Source: Selaginella moellendorffii (Eukaryota > Plantae > Lycopodiophyta). From it: a stretch of 64,000 bases of DNA. Shown here one piece after another: positions 22,701-35,536 of the stretch (position 1 is the first letter of the stretch; every line of letters begins with the position of its first letter). The stretch is from the NCBI RefSeq assembly GCF_000143415.4, contig NW_003314405.1, positions 144,282-208,281 of the forward strand. Direction: 5' to 3'. A program made the position numbers and the translations under genes. A model generated the notes under the pieces. It searched no databases, was not told the DNA's origin, and saw nothing but the letters and a program-made list of their open reading frames with translations.

Positions 22701-25700
22701 TTGAAAGACTTGGGTTGCAATGCTCAATTCTTTTCCGGGGAATCTTGCTATTACTCCTTGAGTAGCTTGGTGTTGGATTAGTTTTGAGTTTGGTCGGAAA
22801 GAGAGTGGCATGAGCTTGTCCGTGTTGTGAACAAAAGTTAGTGGTGTTAGGTGTTATAAATCTCTATCGATGGAGTGTGGCATTTATGTTGCATTTTGTC
22901 GAATCGAGTTGACACTTGATACTCACATAAACCTTTGAAGTAATGACATTGGCATTGCTCATAATGTTGCTTGATTGATGATCAAGTCATTGTGATACTT
23001 ATATCATATCCATGTGATAATGAGCAATGTGTTTACAAAGTTTCTTGGTTAAACGATGATCAACCCCAAAGTGGTTGATGGTGAAGCTAGTCTACTTGCA
23101 TGTAGTAGCATTGTAGTAGCTTTGACTGGATTCTCAATGGTGGTCCATTATGCTAAGCTTAAGTTGGTTCCTTGTTCCTTGGGTTTGCCCATAAGATGTT
23201 GGAAAAGGGTTATAGCATTTATTTGCTATGGCTTGTTGGTTTATCCGTTAACACTTGGAGTAAGTTATTGGATGGAGAAAGTGTGTAGTTGAGGCATTGA
23301 CATCGCTAGCACTTCTGTTAGTGGAAATGGCATTGTTACTTCGAATGATGAGGAATTTTCCTTAGAGCTTGATTTTCCATGTCATTTTTCTTGTTAGTGT
23401 TTTGGCTTCACATTGGATCTTGAAAGTGGTTGAAGAAGAGTGTTAGTGCAATGTAGATATCCGAAGATGTGGTCTTCGTGATCAAGCCTTGGATGTTCAC
23501 TTTGCATTTTGCGGATGTCAGTGTTGGATGTCGGATATATGGGCAAAAAGATGTTCGATGCTTAAGCATGCTATTAGGTCTTGAGAATTTGTGTTGAGGT
23601 GAACTTATGTGAAGTTGTTAGTAGGAGGAAGTTGGTTGAGTCTTAAAAGTTTGTATTTCTAGACTAAGAGTCATTCTTTCTCTAGGATGGAAATTTTTTT
23701 CCACAAATTTTCTTAGGCTTTTCCAATGGCTGATCTGTTGATCATTTTGTCCGAAAACCTTTCCATTTCGTAAAGCCAGTACAAACTAGTGAAGGGGTTG
23801 GAGTTGACTTTGGTTGGCTTAGACCTTAGTAAGTAGTTTGTATGATGCGACCCAAAAGGGATGCTGACTTTTGAGGCTAAGGCAATTGAGTTGGATAGAG
23901 TCTGGAGTTGGTATAGAAAAGTGGCCATTGCACTTTTCTAAGAAGGGTGACCCTTGTGCCTTTCTTTTGTAGCATTATGCTTGGTGGCAAGTTGCACTTT
24001 GCATTTTGTTAAGACTCTATGAGAGTAGTGAGCTCTCACTGATCTTGACTTGGTCTTGGTAGCCTTGCTCCTTGGCTGAGGATGGTGATGTTCAACTTAG
24101 TTGTTTGCGGTTGAGATGTTGGTACCCATACTATAGCTTTGTCTAAGTGGAGGTTGTGTACCGACATGAGTCCGTCTCATGGTCTTCACTTGAGTTTCGA
24201 CTTAGTGTTGATCATGTATAGCTAGCCTCTTCAAGGCATGCTCAGAGCTAGTGGCTAAATGCATTGGTGAGCTTGTCGCGATTGAGTCGGATTCGAGTGG
24301 TCATTTAGTTTGTGCTTGTCTATGAACCTTTATCTCGTCCATGAGGTATTATGTTCATGTTGGACAAGTATATGACTCGATGGCATGAGTTTAGTGTTTG
24401 GGTCTTGTGAAGGCAAGTTGAAAGAGCGATTGTTAGTTGCTTTGCGACTAGTGATTGCTTGTAGATTTTGTCGAAGACTGTGACACTTGCTTCACTTGAT
24501 GATGATTCAGCAGTGATGGACTTGCTTTATCGGATGGTGTTGCGGAGGATCGTGTCATTAGACTTATATGGTTTTCCATGTTGGTATGTTGACTCTACCT
24601 CTGTTTATATCATTTGGTTGCATTTAGTTCATAGTGTTGGATTTCATGGAGTCTTGGATGTGGTGATTCACTCCTTGAGGAAGTGTTATTTTTAACTGAG
24701 TTTTGCTGAAGAATTGGTCTTGGATACTGAGTAAAGTATCTTCGACTTTGGTTAGCTTGGTTGCAAGAGAGTTTTGAGTGGTGATTCACTCTTGCCTTCT
24801 TCTAGCTTTGTTATGGTGTTAATGGCATTAAAGTGATGCCTTGTCATTGATATTATTGATGTTGAGATTCAAGTGAGATGAAATGTTTCTCCTTAGGTTT
24901 GACATTGAGTTTCATTAGTCTTGACGAAGATAGTGTTGATGATTTGGCTATGGCTTAGTGTTATTGGCATTTGTGCAATTGCTAGTTAGCAACTATGTTA
25001 GCATTCAAAACAAGCTGAGTGGCAAGTTTGAGTTGCGTTCTAGACGAGATTATTTAGTAGGGGTTGAGCTTTGGCTTTTCCTTGAAAAGTGATTTAGTCG
25101 TGGACTATACTAACTCTACAAGTGGAAGAGTTAGTGATTGATATTGAAGATGTTGGTCCATTGTTGGATTTGCGTTGAGATATATCAATCATTGGTGATT
25201 CTTCTTGTGCTTGTTATGACGTGAGTTACGTCTTGCTATAGATGGATTCATGGAGGATCGGTTAGTGATCACTTGTTAAGCATAGCTCCATTGTGCCTGG
25301 TTTTTGGATTGATGCAGATATGCTCTTCATTAGCTTTGGCATTATGAAGTTTGGCTAAGGATATGTTGAGGAGGATATTGTGGGTTGCACTATGATTTCT
25401 TCTTTAGCATTGAAGTTAGTTCATGCAAGACTTGTGATCATTATTAGGCAAGACTTGGCTATAGACTTCTTTGAACTTTTGGTTCTTTGAGTTTTATGTT
25501 CATTGTTCCATTTGTTCGAAGTTGTTGGGGAAGGCATTTTGGCTCATTAGCTTCAATGTTGAAGTTAGTATTTGCATCTAGCAATCATAGATGATGATGG
25601 ACTATCATCTAGGATAGTTGATTATTCTTGTCAAAGGTTTTGTTTGATTATTGTTGGTATAGAATGATTTGCCGTTCTTTGGATGGTAGATTGTTTCTTC

Positions 25701-28323
25701 GACGATGATTATGCATCTCCTCATTGGTGGGATGATTGATGTTCTTTCATGATAGTTAATTGTCCTCCTTGATGGCTTATGGCTTTTCGCAATACCACAT
25801 GTTCCTTGTGGTTTGCCTTGGATTGGTCTGTTGGGTTTGAAACATCCAAAGGATGTTGCTAACACTTGCTTAGGCAACTTGAGTTCCTTGGTGTTGTTGG
25901 CTGGGATCTATTCGGATTGGCTAGTGTGATAGTTGGCATGAATGGGTGTTTGTTGGTCTTACTGCATTCATTCTGTTCTGTTGATTATTGCTCGAGTTAG
26001 TTCTGATAGATTAGAATGTTATTTCCTTCGGGTGATACATTCGCGAGCATTATGCTTGTCAGTCAATGATACTTTGTGTTCTTTGAGTTATCTTTAGTAA
26101 GTTGTTTGGCATACTATCTACCATCTTCGATAGTGAAGTTTCATCATTGAGTGTTCTTGATGATATACTTGCTATTGAATTTTGTTGGATGGTGATTCCT
26201 ATATTTACCAATTAAGATGATCTTGGTGGTTCCTATGCTTTACTACTGGTTTATCGGATGATAACTTACTTGGAATACTTTTGTGTTCTAAGATTTCATC
26301 ATTGATAATTAAGTCTCTAAGATATCATTGTTTATGACTTTGATATTGTCCATCTATTGATCTATGAGTTTGGGCCAGTAATGGGCAGACTGGCTTCGGC
26401 ACTTCGTGTGCATGGTGAAATCTCTAGTCATGGGGTAGCTACTGTCGACTGGTCACATCACCCGCCTCTTTGTCGATGTTCCTTATTCCGTTGAAAGGGC
26501 GTGACCGTGTAAACAACTCTAACTGCCTGTTTACAGTAGTCTATCTAAACCTTACCGACGGGTTTGGTTTCTTTGCTTAGGAGGGTTGGGGCCTCTGGCT
26601 TCTCTCTCTATGTCTCTGCGGGCAGGGGCATATCACTCTTTTGTAGCTGGGTGACTCCCAGAGCAGCAAGGGTGGCTAACTCCGTTGGTCATTTCCTTGT
26701 CGGTGACGGCCGGAAGGTGTCTGAGCTGGTAGCGCATCCGCGTTAGACAAAGAGGTTACCCCTAACTCATTTAAGTTGGTGCATTTCTCACATAGTGTGA
26801 ATACCGTGAACTTTTTCCGGAGTTGTTTCCTTGGCGGTATTCTAGACTCGAGTGTGCATCGACGAGGACGTCGATCTTCCCTAGGGGGGGAGAGTGTCGC
26901 GCATGTGACTTCGGGTATCGAAAGTTACCTGTCGACCAGTCCTTACGGACACTCTTACCTTACTGCCACGATGGCAGGAGGTCGGTATTGCTGGACCCTT
27001 TATTAGCCCCTCTTGTGCTAGTGGAGTTAACTGGGCATTTCGAGTGTACTTAGACCGGACGAGCATAAGGACGGAATTCCTACGTGTTATTAGCTAAGCA
27101 TACTTAGCCCGGTAAGGAGTTCCCGTCTCGTTTTGTCTTGCACTTGCTAGTGACAAGAACCCTCGCGTATTGAGATTGGTCCCTCAATATCGCTGGATGA
27201 TAGCTTTCCGTGTCTGCCAAACACCCTCGCTATCATACCCTTTGTGTTAGTCTCATTCCGGTCCCAGAAGCTATTTATGGAAAGTGTCCAGATTTGCTCA
27301 TTTGGCATATCTACGGAATGTAGAGATCGGTCTGAACACAATGGTGTTCGTCCCGTGTCCAAATTTGCATTCTAGCGCCATTCCATATTTAGTAAGTTTC
27401 AAGCTTGTCCCAGAGACTAACTCCTGGTACTAAGGGTAGGCTTGGGGTGAAAGCCCAAAGCGTGTGTTCCTCAAGGGGGGGGGGGCTATGGGGGGTTCCA
27501 AATGTATAGTAGGGATAGGGGGTAGGTCGGGCATGGCCGACCAACCTGAGGCATAGTTTAGCTCCCGCTTGCGTGCCTGTCCTTGTTCTGCGTCCGGCTT
27601 GGGTCTAAGCCCAAGTTCCATTCCATGCTAGTTGGTGGAGTACCCATGTCCTCGCGTTAGGCCACCGGTATGCCGAAATAGCGCCAGACTCCGTTTGGCT
27701 CCGTTTTGCGTGCTGGTCCTGGCATTGGGATGCTGGTTGCTCCAGGACTGTTCCAAGTCGCTCTAGGCTCCTGTCCCTTCGCTCCTTGGGTTTTATGCTC
27801 GGGAGTTGCTCCGTGGCTCGGTTCCGTCACTCCTTGGCTTCGTGCTTGGGAGTTTGGCACCGTTCCTTCGTTCAGTGGCCCAAGGCCCTAAACCTCGGGT
27901 TCCTATGGACACGTGGCATGGACACATGGCATGGACACGTGGCATGTGACACGTGGCATCTGTCACGTGGCACAAAGAGGGTTTAGGTTCCGCTTCGTGG
28001 TGTTATCCTATGGTAAATCACCATAGGATAAAGGGTCAAAACCACGTGCGCTACAGTTCTAAAACCTCTAGCTATTTTGCCTCTTCAAAGAGATACCCAT
28101 TAGGTGCTTCTATTTTGTAGAAAACCAACTTCCCAAAACTAAATGAGAGAACATAAAACTAGAAACAGAGACAAAAGACTTACTTGTCCGAGTTGTAAAT
28201 GATGGAACCAGAGCCAGAAAAATAGTATGTCTTCCAGATGTTAGGCTTTTGCAAGCGGAACCATTCAAGAGGAGTTTTTACCAATTCACTCACCATGTCA
28301 AAAAGCACATTGGAACTCACCAT
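19750..28323 (-). pseudogene. Degenerate multi-exon gene with an ankyrin-like repeat, interrupted by the LTR element at 20748-28055
   Basis: GT-AG bounded segments on both sides of the insertion (donors ~28183 and ~20628). The segment ~20155-20370 translates ...GRVPLVVACAIGDQVIIELLLQEG. Multiple stops. Confidence 0.4.
20748..28055 (+). mobile_element. Young non-autonomous LTR retroelement (LARD-like, family B)
   Basis: LTRs 20748-21895 and 26895-28055 (TG...CA; 2 substitutions and one 13-bp repeat-unit indel seen). TSD GTTCT. PBS TGGTATCAGAG at 21898-21908. PPT at 26883-26894. The 5 kb internal region has no retroviral ORF. Confidence 0.93.
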
Positions 28324-31199
28324 CACTACAAGATGACAACAATCAAGTGCGGAAAATTAACAACTATCATTTGATAGATTAGATGCAATGCTACTCATGA
28401 CTTCCAATGCCAAATCATTTTGGCTCCTAAAGATAAGGACTCTATCACAGTTTACATCATACTCTGAAAGAAGCTTGAAGCACTCTAGAATAGAATATTG
28501 ATAACCATGAAGTTTGATGGCCTTATAGCTGCTATGAAGGGACAGCTGTGCCATGGGAGAGATGAGTGTCGAGAGCACTATTACCATTAGAATAGGTTTT
28601 CTCAGGGTTGCTATTAATTATGAGTATTATAAATTACCAAATTGGGAAACATTGTTTTTAGGCTTAATATGCAAGCCACATATGCATCTCCAAGGTTTTC
28701 TCGGGGCTGTTACCATTTATAAGGACTACTAACTAACAAGGACCATTAGCGCATAACAGTAATTAGTACATAAAACTACTTCTGACCAAGAAGAAAGAAA
28801 TTATTTTAGAATAGAATAGATTATTGACGGCCATGAAGCTTGGAACCATATAGCTTTGAAGCCACAGCTACACCATGAGAGAGACAGGTTGAGAGCTAGA
28901 GTAGAGGGATATTTCAACAAGAAAGATACTAAAAAACAAAATTACACCCAAAAGAAACTAATTATTACTAGCTCGTAGTATTGCTTTTGCCCATTCAATA
29001 ATGAATATATCAAGGAAATCTGGTTTAGTTTATGTGGGGATAGTTTTTGTTTGCACCACTCAATGCAGATTTCTAATGCTAGCTAAAAGAAATATTTCAA
29101 CCAAAAAGATCCAAGAAATTTCTTTTGTCATCAGTCTTTAATATTTTTAAATTCACCATAGTAGTTGGCTATTTTCTAAGCCTAGTAGAGGGATTTCTCG
29201 ACTTGAAAGACACCAAAAAACAAATTTATGCATAGAAACAGCTATATGTCTTATGTTTTTAGTATTTCTTTTAATGAATAACCATTAACTGTGTTGAGGA
29301 AATTACATTCTTTTGAACATTTTCCTTATTTGAAATATTCCCTAGACATTATTTATGCTATAAAGTGATATTTTAACCTTAAAAGTTGCTTATGGAAGAG
29401 GCTATTTTTCTTAAACCCCTACCAATAACTGTCTTAACAATATCAAGTTTGTTTTCTGAAGGCTTTTCAACATTATTATTGCTTTAATTAGCTACACATT
29501 TTCTTCTTTGGAACCATTTCAAATTTAACACTACACTTCTAATACTTTATTTGTTTTCAATATAGGCAGGAATATATTGTGGATATTCCACTTTAGAATA
29601 TAATATCAATTTATTAAAAACAAAATTCTTTTAGAAGGGACAATACTATAGTATAATAAAACAATTCTAAATCTTACATTTCACTATAGGATGGCCTAAA
29701 AATCCCATATTCTGCACTAGCCAATGAAGTGTTTCCCAAGGATATATTGTTCCTTGATAATGAGTATATGTCTATAACTTGTTATTGAATTTATTTTTAC
29801 ATCCTATGTGTGCACATTTTTAGATTTGTTGTTGGGCAATTGTTGTAGTGCTCAAGAAAAGTTTGTAGACCCATGAAGCTATTTATTTTGTTCAAAAAAA
29901 ATTAATATATTACACACCAAATATAATAATGTTCTTTGCTTTCAAGTAATATTGCCATATCAAGAGTAAAATCTTGCAAATATGTATTACTGTTCTTGAA
30001 GGGTTAGAAACAATCCCTTTTTAGTAGCAATATTTAAAATTTTGTATATAAAGAGCTCTAGTTCAACTTCATTAGAGCCCCCCGTAGAAAAAAAATATCT
30101 ATATGGAGGTGAAGGTAGAATTTGGGGATGGAAATGGAAATTGATTTAAAATGCTAAAGGGCCAAGTATGAGTAATTATGACTTTCCTTTGAGCCATTTT
30201 TATATAAGCTTTTCAACTTTCCAAGGAGTTCAAGGATAACAAAAAAACTACAACAACTATAAATTTATGTTTTAATCTTGTTAATGAGGTTTATTTATTA
30301 TGACATTAACAATCAAATTCATGAGTCATCACTTTCGGAAATGAGGCTTCATAATCATAGCTTGCTTGTAAACAAAAGAGCTTCTAGAATTCTAGATTAT
30401 CATGTATACATATACTCTATCATTTTAATGACACTATATATATATATATATTCTTTTTTACACTTCTGCCAACTTTCTAAGGAAATAGATTGTAGGGAAA
30501 TTTAAACACATTATAGTTGTAGGGCACATTAGCACATTAGCATTCTCTCATATGAGATTACTTTTCAATTTTGAAAATGTAGATAAACTTAATTATTACT
30601 TTTGAGTCTTTTCAAAGATTTTGATTACGTTTATTATCATTCACAAAAGACTCTTGAAAACTCTTAGTGGGGATTCACCATGAAAATATATCTTGTTCTT
30701 CTTATATGAGATGATTCCAATATTAGTAGGCAAGTAGAGTCTTTGATATAAATTAATGTATAAATTACAAATGCCATAAAAAGTTCTATAGAGTAGATTT
30801 ATTAGTATTTTCTATCATGTTGTTCATTTTTTTATTTCTCTTACTTTAGAGTGTTTTCTAAAATAAAATTAATATTCTCACATTCCTTTAAACTACAACT
30901 TTTAAGGGGCCTAAGGGGGTTATGAAAGGTTTCAAATATATAGTAGAGATAATAAATAGGTTGGGTATAGCTAATCAACTTAAGATATTATTTAGCTCCT
31001 TATTAGGTATATTTGTCTTTGTTTTGCATCTGGCTTGAGTCTAAGTTTAAACTCTATACCATCTTAGCTGGTGGAATACTTATATCCTTGCATTAACTCA
31101 CTGATATATTGAAATAATGTTGGACTTTATGTAGCTCTATTTTGTGTACTAGTCTTAGCATTGGGATGCTGGAAACTCTAGGATTATCTTAGTGTCATA

Positions 31200-33470
31200 T
31201 GTAAAACACAAATCCCTAAACCCCAAAGTGGAGTTGAACTTGGGCCACATAACAATGGCCAAACAGAAGTTTAATAAGCATAATACATCTAGACCAAAAG
31301 CTCTGACATAGAAAGTTGAGAGCGGGAGTGGAACTCCTAAAAAGTGCTCAAAGAACGAGTATGAAACAATCAATGAATGAGTCATTAGAAAGGCACAAGA
31401 AGGACTAACACATGGAAGTGTTAAAACTGAGTCCAAGATCAAATTCAAGACCGAGTCCTAGACCAAGTCCAAGATTGAGCTTTAAACTGAGTCTAAAGCC
31501 AAGTCCGAGATCAAGTCTGAGGCCAAGTCCAAGACCGAATCCGAAACCGAGTCTAAAACTGAGTCTAAGACCAAGTCCGAGGTCAAATCCGAGATGAAGG
31601 CTAAAGCCAAGTTGGAGATGGAGGCCGAGGTTGAGTCCAAGATGGAGCCCAAGATCGAGTCCCAAATAAAGGCCAAGACCAGATTTGATATGGAGTCCAA
31701 GACCAAGACCAAGATCAAGTTTGAGCTTGAGACTAAGATGGAGGTTGAGGTTGAGTTTGAGATGGAGCCCAAGCCCAACTCCAAGATAGAAGCCGAGACG
31801 GGGTCCAAGACTGAGATTGAGATCAAGACTAAATTTGAGTCTAAGACCAAAACCGAGTTTGAATACTAATACAAGTTATAAAAGCCTAAAGCGATCATCC
31901 CCTAGAGAGGGTAGAGGGGGTTACAGGGGGTTCCAAAAATATAGTCGGGAGAGTGTGGGGCTTGGACTCTAGTGGAACTAATTTGGCCAAAAAAAGCCAG
32001 TGTGATCAAGGAAGGTTACACTCACATGGTGAGTGATGATGTAACCATTGAGAAGTCTAAGGCTAAAGTGAACATAGGTGGACAAGTGAGATAATTTGGT
32101 AAAATGTTCAAAAGTTGGCTCTAGCTCCTTTGAGAAATCGAATGGTTGATACTCCCAATTTAAATGTAGGTGGCACTACCTACTTAGATATTTATTGTGG
32201 CTCATCAAAACTCATTTTAGTCACATGGCTGGGGCACCCAGAAGCAAAATATGGGGGGAGTACCCACGAGGCTCACATTGGGTTGCAATGTTTTGAAATA
32301 TTATTCTAAAGTCGTGAGCTATGGAAAGGAAAAGGAATGGTGTTTTTGCTTCGTGACCAAGGGTATGGTCACAAGGTGAAGAAGTCCCAAAAGTCAATGA
32401 AACTTAGTGGTCGGGCATTCAAGCCCTAATCCCTTGATAGGGACTAAAAGAGAAATATTGGGGAATGGTGTTTTCTATGTCTTGGGGCATTTTAAAGATG
32501 CTAAAGTGTGGTAATGGATGAGCACTCATGGATAAATAGCCCAATTTTGGAAGGATGGGGCCATGATACAAGTAGTGTTGGACTACCAATAGAACAAAAG
32601 TGAATAGACATAACTTTAGTGTAATAGGTTAGTAGGTTAGGGATACCCTTAGGTGTCTATAGTAGGAGTAAATATATAAAGCACTTGGACCAAGTGCAAA
32701 AATGATATAATTTTAAAGTTGCCTCTCAGGATTAGCAAGTTTGCAAGTTGGGATGAGAACTTATAGAAGTTGTGAGTGGGACTCCTTTATATAGTCAAAG
32801 GTGTGGTTAAAGTAAAATAAAAAAATTAATCACTTATAACTTCGTATCAAAGATATTTCTTAGTTTAACTTTTATTAGCGATCAAATATATCATTATTTG
32901 ATATCGACATTTAAAAGTCCCAAGAGTGGGACTATATTTAAGGAGTTGCATGTTGAGAGGGCATGACTCTCCACTTTAGTTTATAATTGAATTTGTAAAC
33001 AATATGATGGATTGAAAAGGGCCAATAAGGAAATAACTTTAGAATTTTGGGAACAGTAGAAGGTTTTTCTTCAAAGAGTTAAAGATGTGATTTATATAAG
33101 CATTTGATTTAGAAAACTAGCTAATATAGTTATGGTAAATAACTATAATTGGGATCATAAGGATAAAGACTCTTAAATAATAAAGGAGTAAAAAAATTAT
33201 CCTCATATAATTGAGGATGGTGCTTATGAATTTGATATTAGAATTGATGACTATAGGAAGTCAAATATGGATGAGGACTTATTATATGAAAAGATAGTTC
33301 TAAGGGGCAAAAGTAGTATACATGAAATAAAAGATAATTAAGTGTTAAAGATGGTCCTTATGAATAAGACATAAATACAAAAAGTTGGTATTCAAATGTG
33401 ATGGCACTTCAAAAGTAATCATGAGGTTGAGTCATCGAATTAACAAAGTCTAAAAGCTAAATGACTCAAA
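31200..33470 (+). mobile_element. Old truncated family A copy (LTR ~31200-32838, degenerate PBS, ~630 bp internal region)
   Basis: Colinear with 12470-14041 and then 837-1570; heavily mutated, with an expanded hexamer array. Confidence 0.8.
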
Positions 33471-33964
33471 AGATTATCCCAAAAGGCTTGGAGGAAATAA
33501 AAACTTCACAATTGTCATCTTCCACCTTGCATACAATCAAGAAGAGATCTTTCATTGTGGTGAAGGAGCTGCTACATTCTCATTGACATGAATTTGCTCT
33601 TCTTTACTTCCTCTTTGCTTCCTCCTCGTCAAAAAGGAAAACAATTGAGAGTCTTTGGCACAAAGATTGCTTACCAAGATCACATTGATATCATTTGACA
33701 TCTTTCCATCATGTTTCCAAAGGCATGCTTCAACAGCAGGCATTGAGCTGCAACCACTTGTCTATGTGACCACCAAACAAAAGCTGCTCATTTGTGACTT
33801 GGCTGGATAGGAAGAGTTCCAATGGAGCTTTCCACCAATAATTTCTTAGAGGAAGTGAGAAATTGCTGTGTGCTTAAGAATTCGATTGAAGTCTCCACTC
33901 TGGAAGCTCATAGAGTTTTGTGGAAGGTCACATTCTCTAGAATTCTTCTTTTTTGGCGTTTCAG

Positions 33965-34221
33965 GTGTCTGTAAAGCCTGTCCCAAAGGACACTGTGCTG
34001 ATTGTGTATGGAGGTGAATACTACAATGGTGACAAGGTTTGTGATTAGTTTTGCTACAGTGATTTGATCTTTGTGTTTGCTATGCTAGACTTACATTTAT
34101 GGTGATCTCTACCGATACAAAATCAAGAAGAACGAGTGGAAGCTTGTCACCAGTCCAAACTCTCTTCCCCCAAGAAGCGCTCACCAGGCGGTTGCGTGGA
34201 AAAACTGGCTCTTCATTTTTG
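33965..34221 (+). pseudogene. Two-exon fragment of a kelch-domain protein (KLHDC4/Kel3-like)
   Basis: Exons 33965-34036 (LIVYGGEYYNGDK) and 34089-34221 (TYIYGDLYRY...PPRSAHQAVAWKNWLFIFG) with a GT-AG intron; the rest of the gene is absent. Confidence 0.7.
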
Positions 34222-34261
34222 GTATGATGTATTTTTCCAGGACTTCTCTCTTCTTTTGGTA

Positions 34262-34706
34262 GTGTAGTCCTGCTGTGCTTGAGCATCGTACTCCTCTTCC
34301 TTGCATCTAAAAACTTGTCCACTTTGTTGAGCTGATCCTCAAGGCCGAAAAAGAAGCTCTTTTCGTGACCCGATTGAGTTCCAAACAGCTCCGTCTCATA
34401 AAAATCACCATCTCCAATTCGCATCTTGTGCACAACCTAATGATATTGAAGTGTTTTGTACAGTCATCACAAACCATGGAAGTTTCTGAGGATATGGATT
34501 GTTCACAGCAGCTGCTCAGGATGGCACTGGGATTTAAGTTTTGGAGCTTGCTCTTGTCAACCGAGAAGACATTTGAATCGAGCACCTTGTGCTCCTGGTT
34601 CGGATCTGGTTTTTGATTCTCTTGACAACTTTCTTGAGCTTCTTGTAGTAGTAATTCACCCGCCACAGCGGCTCTCAAGCTGCTTCTGGAACTTCACCAC
34701 CTCCAT
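34262..34706 (-). pseudogene. Frameshifted N-terminal SPX-domain fragment (PHO1-like)
   Basis: VKFQKQLE, YYKKLKK and YETELF...EKSFFFGLEDQLNKVDKF motifs in differing frames; truncated. Confidence 0.7.
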
Positions 34707-34822
34707 TCTGCCAAACGAAAGAACCATACCCAGAACGCCAGTGAATTCTTCTTTAGTTAGTTTCATTAGGTTACCCTCAAAGCATATGCAAAGAATATAC
34801 CAAGATGCTTTTTTTCTGTTCA

Positions 34823-35536
34823 CTAGTTTCCAACTTGTCTCTTCCAAGAATCCTCCACAATCAGCTCGTCTACGCCCCAATCCTCGTAGCTAGAAGCAAG
34901 AATTCTTAGAAACGCGCGAAGAGGATCACTCACTTAACATACCTTCCATCAGGGAGGTACCGCCGAATCGTAAAAGGGATCTTCCGTTCACGCAGCTCCT
35001 TCATAGCAATCTGCAAAGAACATTCCAGAGCTCCATCACTCCACACAAATTCCTTTTCAGAGTTTCTATACCTCGAGTGGATCTGTCTCGCCCTCGAGTT
35101 CCACCATCACTGGAGCGTTCATACTGTCACGAAAGGCAAAAGAAAGGAACTTGAGTTCTCGCTGGCCAGACCAAACGCGAGAGAAGGTTCTCGCTCACCT
35201 GATTTGCAAAGCCCGTGTCCCAAGAACGCGAGCTCTCTCATACTTGGTCATATACTTGGTTGTCTTCCTGGGCTTATCACTGACCTGTTCGCTCTCCGCC
35301 TCTTGGAATTCCCCATCGCCGCCAAATTCCGGCGCCTCCTCATTGTTTTCTTGCTCCTCGACCTCTTCCTGGAAGATCAATCAAACCGCTGCTTGAAATG
35401 GAGCGGATATATCGTACCTCGGGCTCCACAGGCTCATCGTAGCTGCAATACACAGCATTAGACGATCGAAGTGCAGAGATGTGGCGACTTACTCCTCGCC
35501 GCCGCCATCGAAATCGTTGTAGTCGTCGTCCGCCAT
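34823..35536 (-). CDS. RPB6: RNA polymerase I/II/III/IV/V common subunit 6 (multi-exon)
   Basis: [10 protein letters not shown]...[81 protein letters not shown]; GT-AG introns. Confidence 0.95.
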
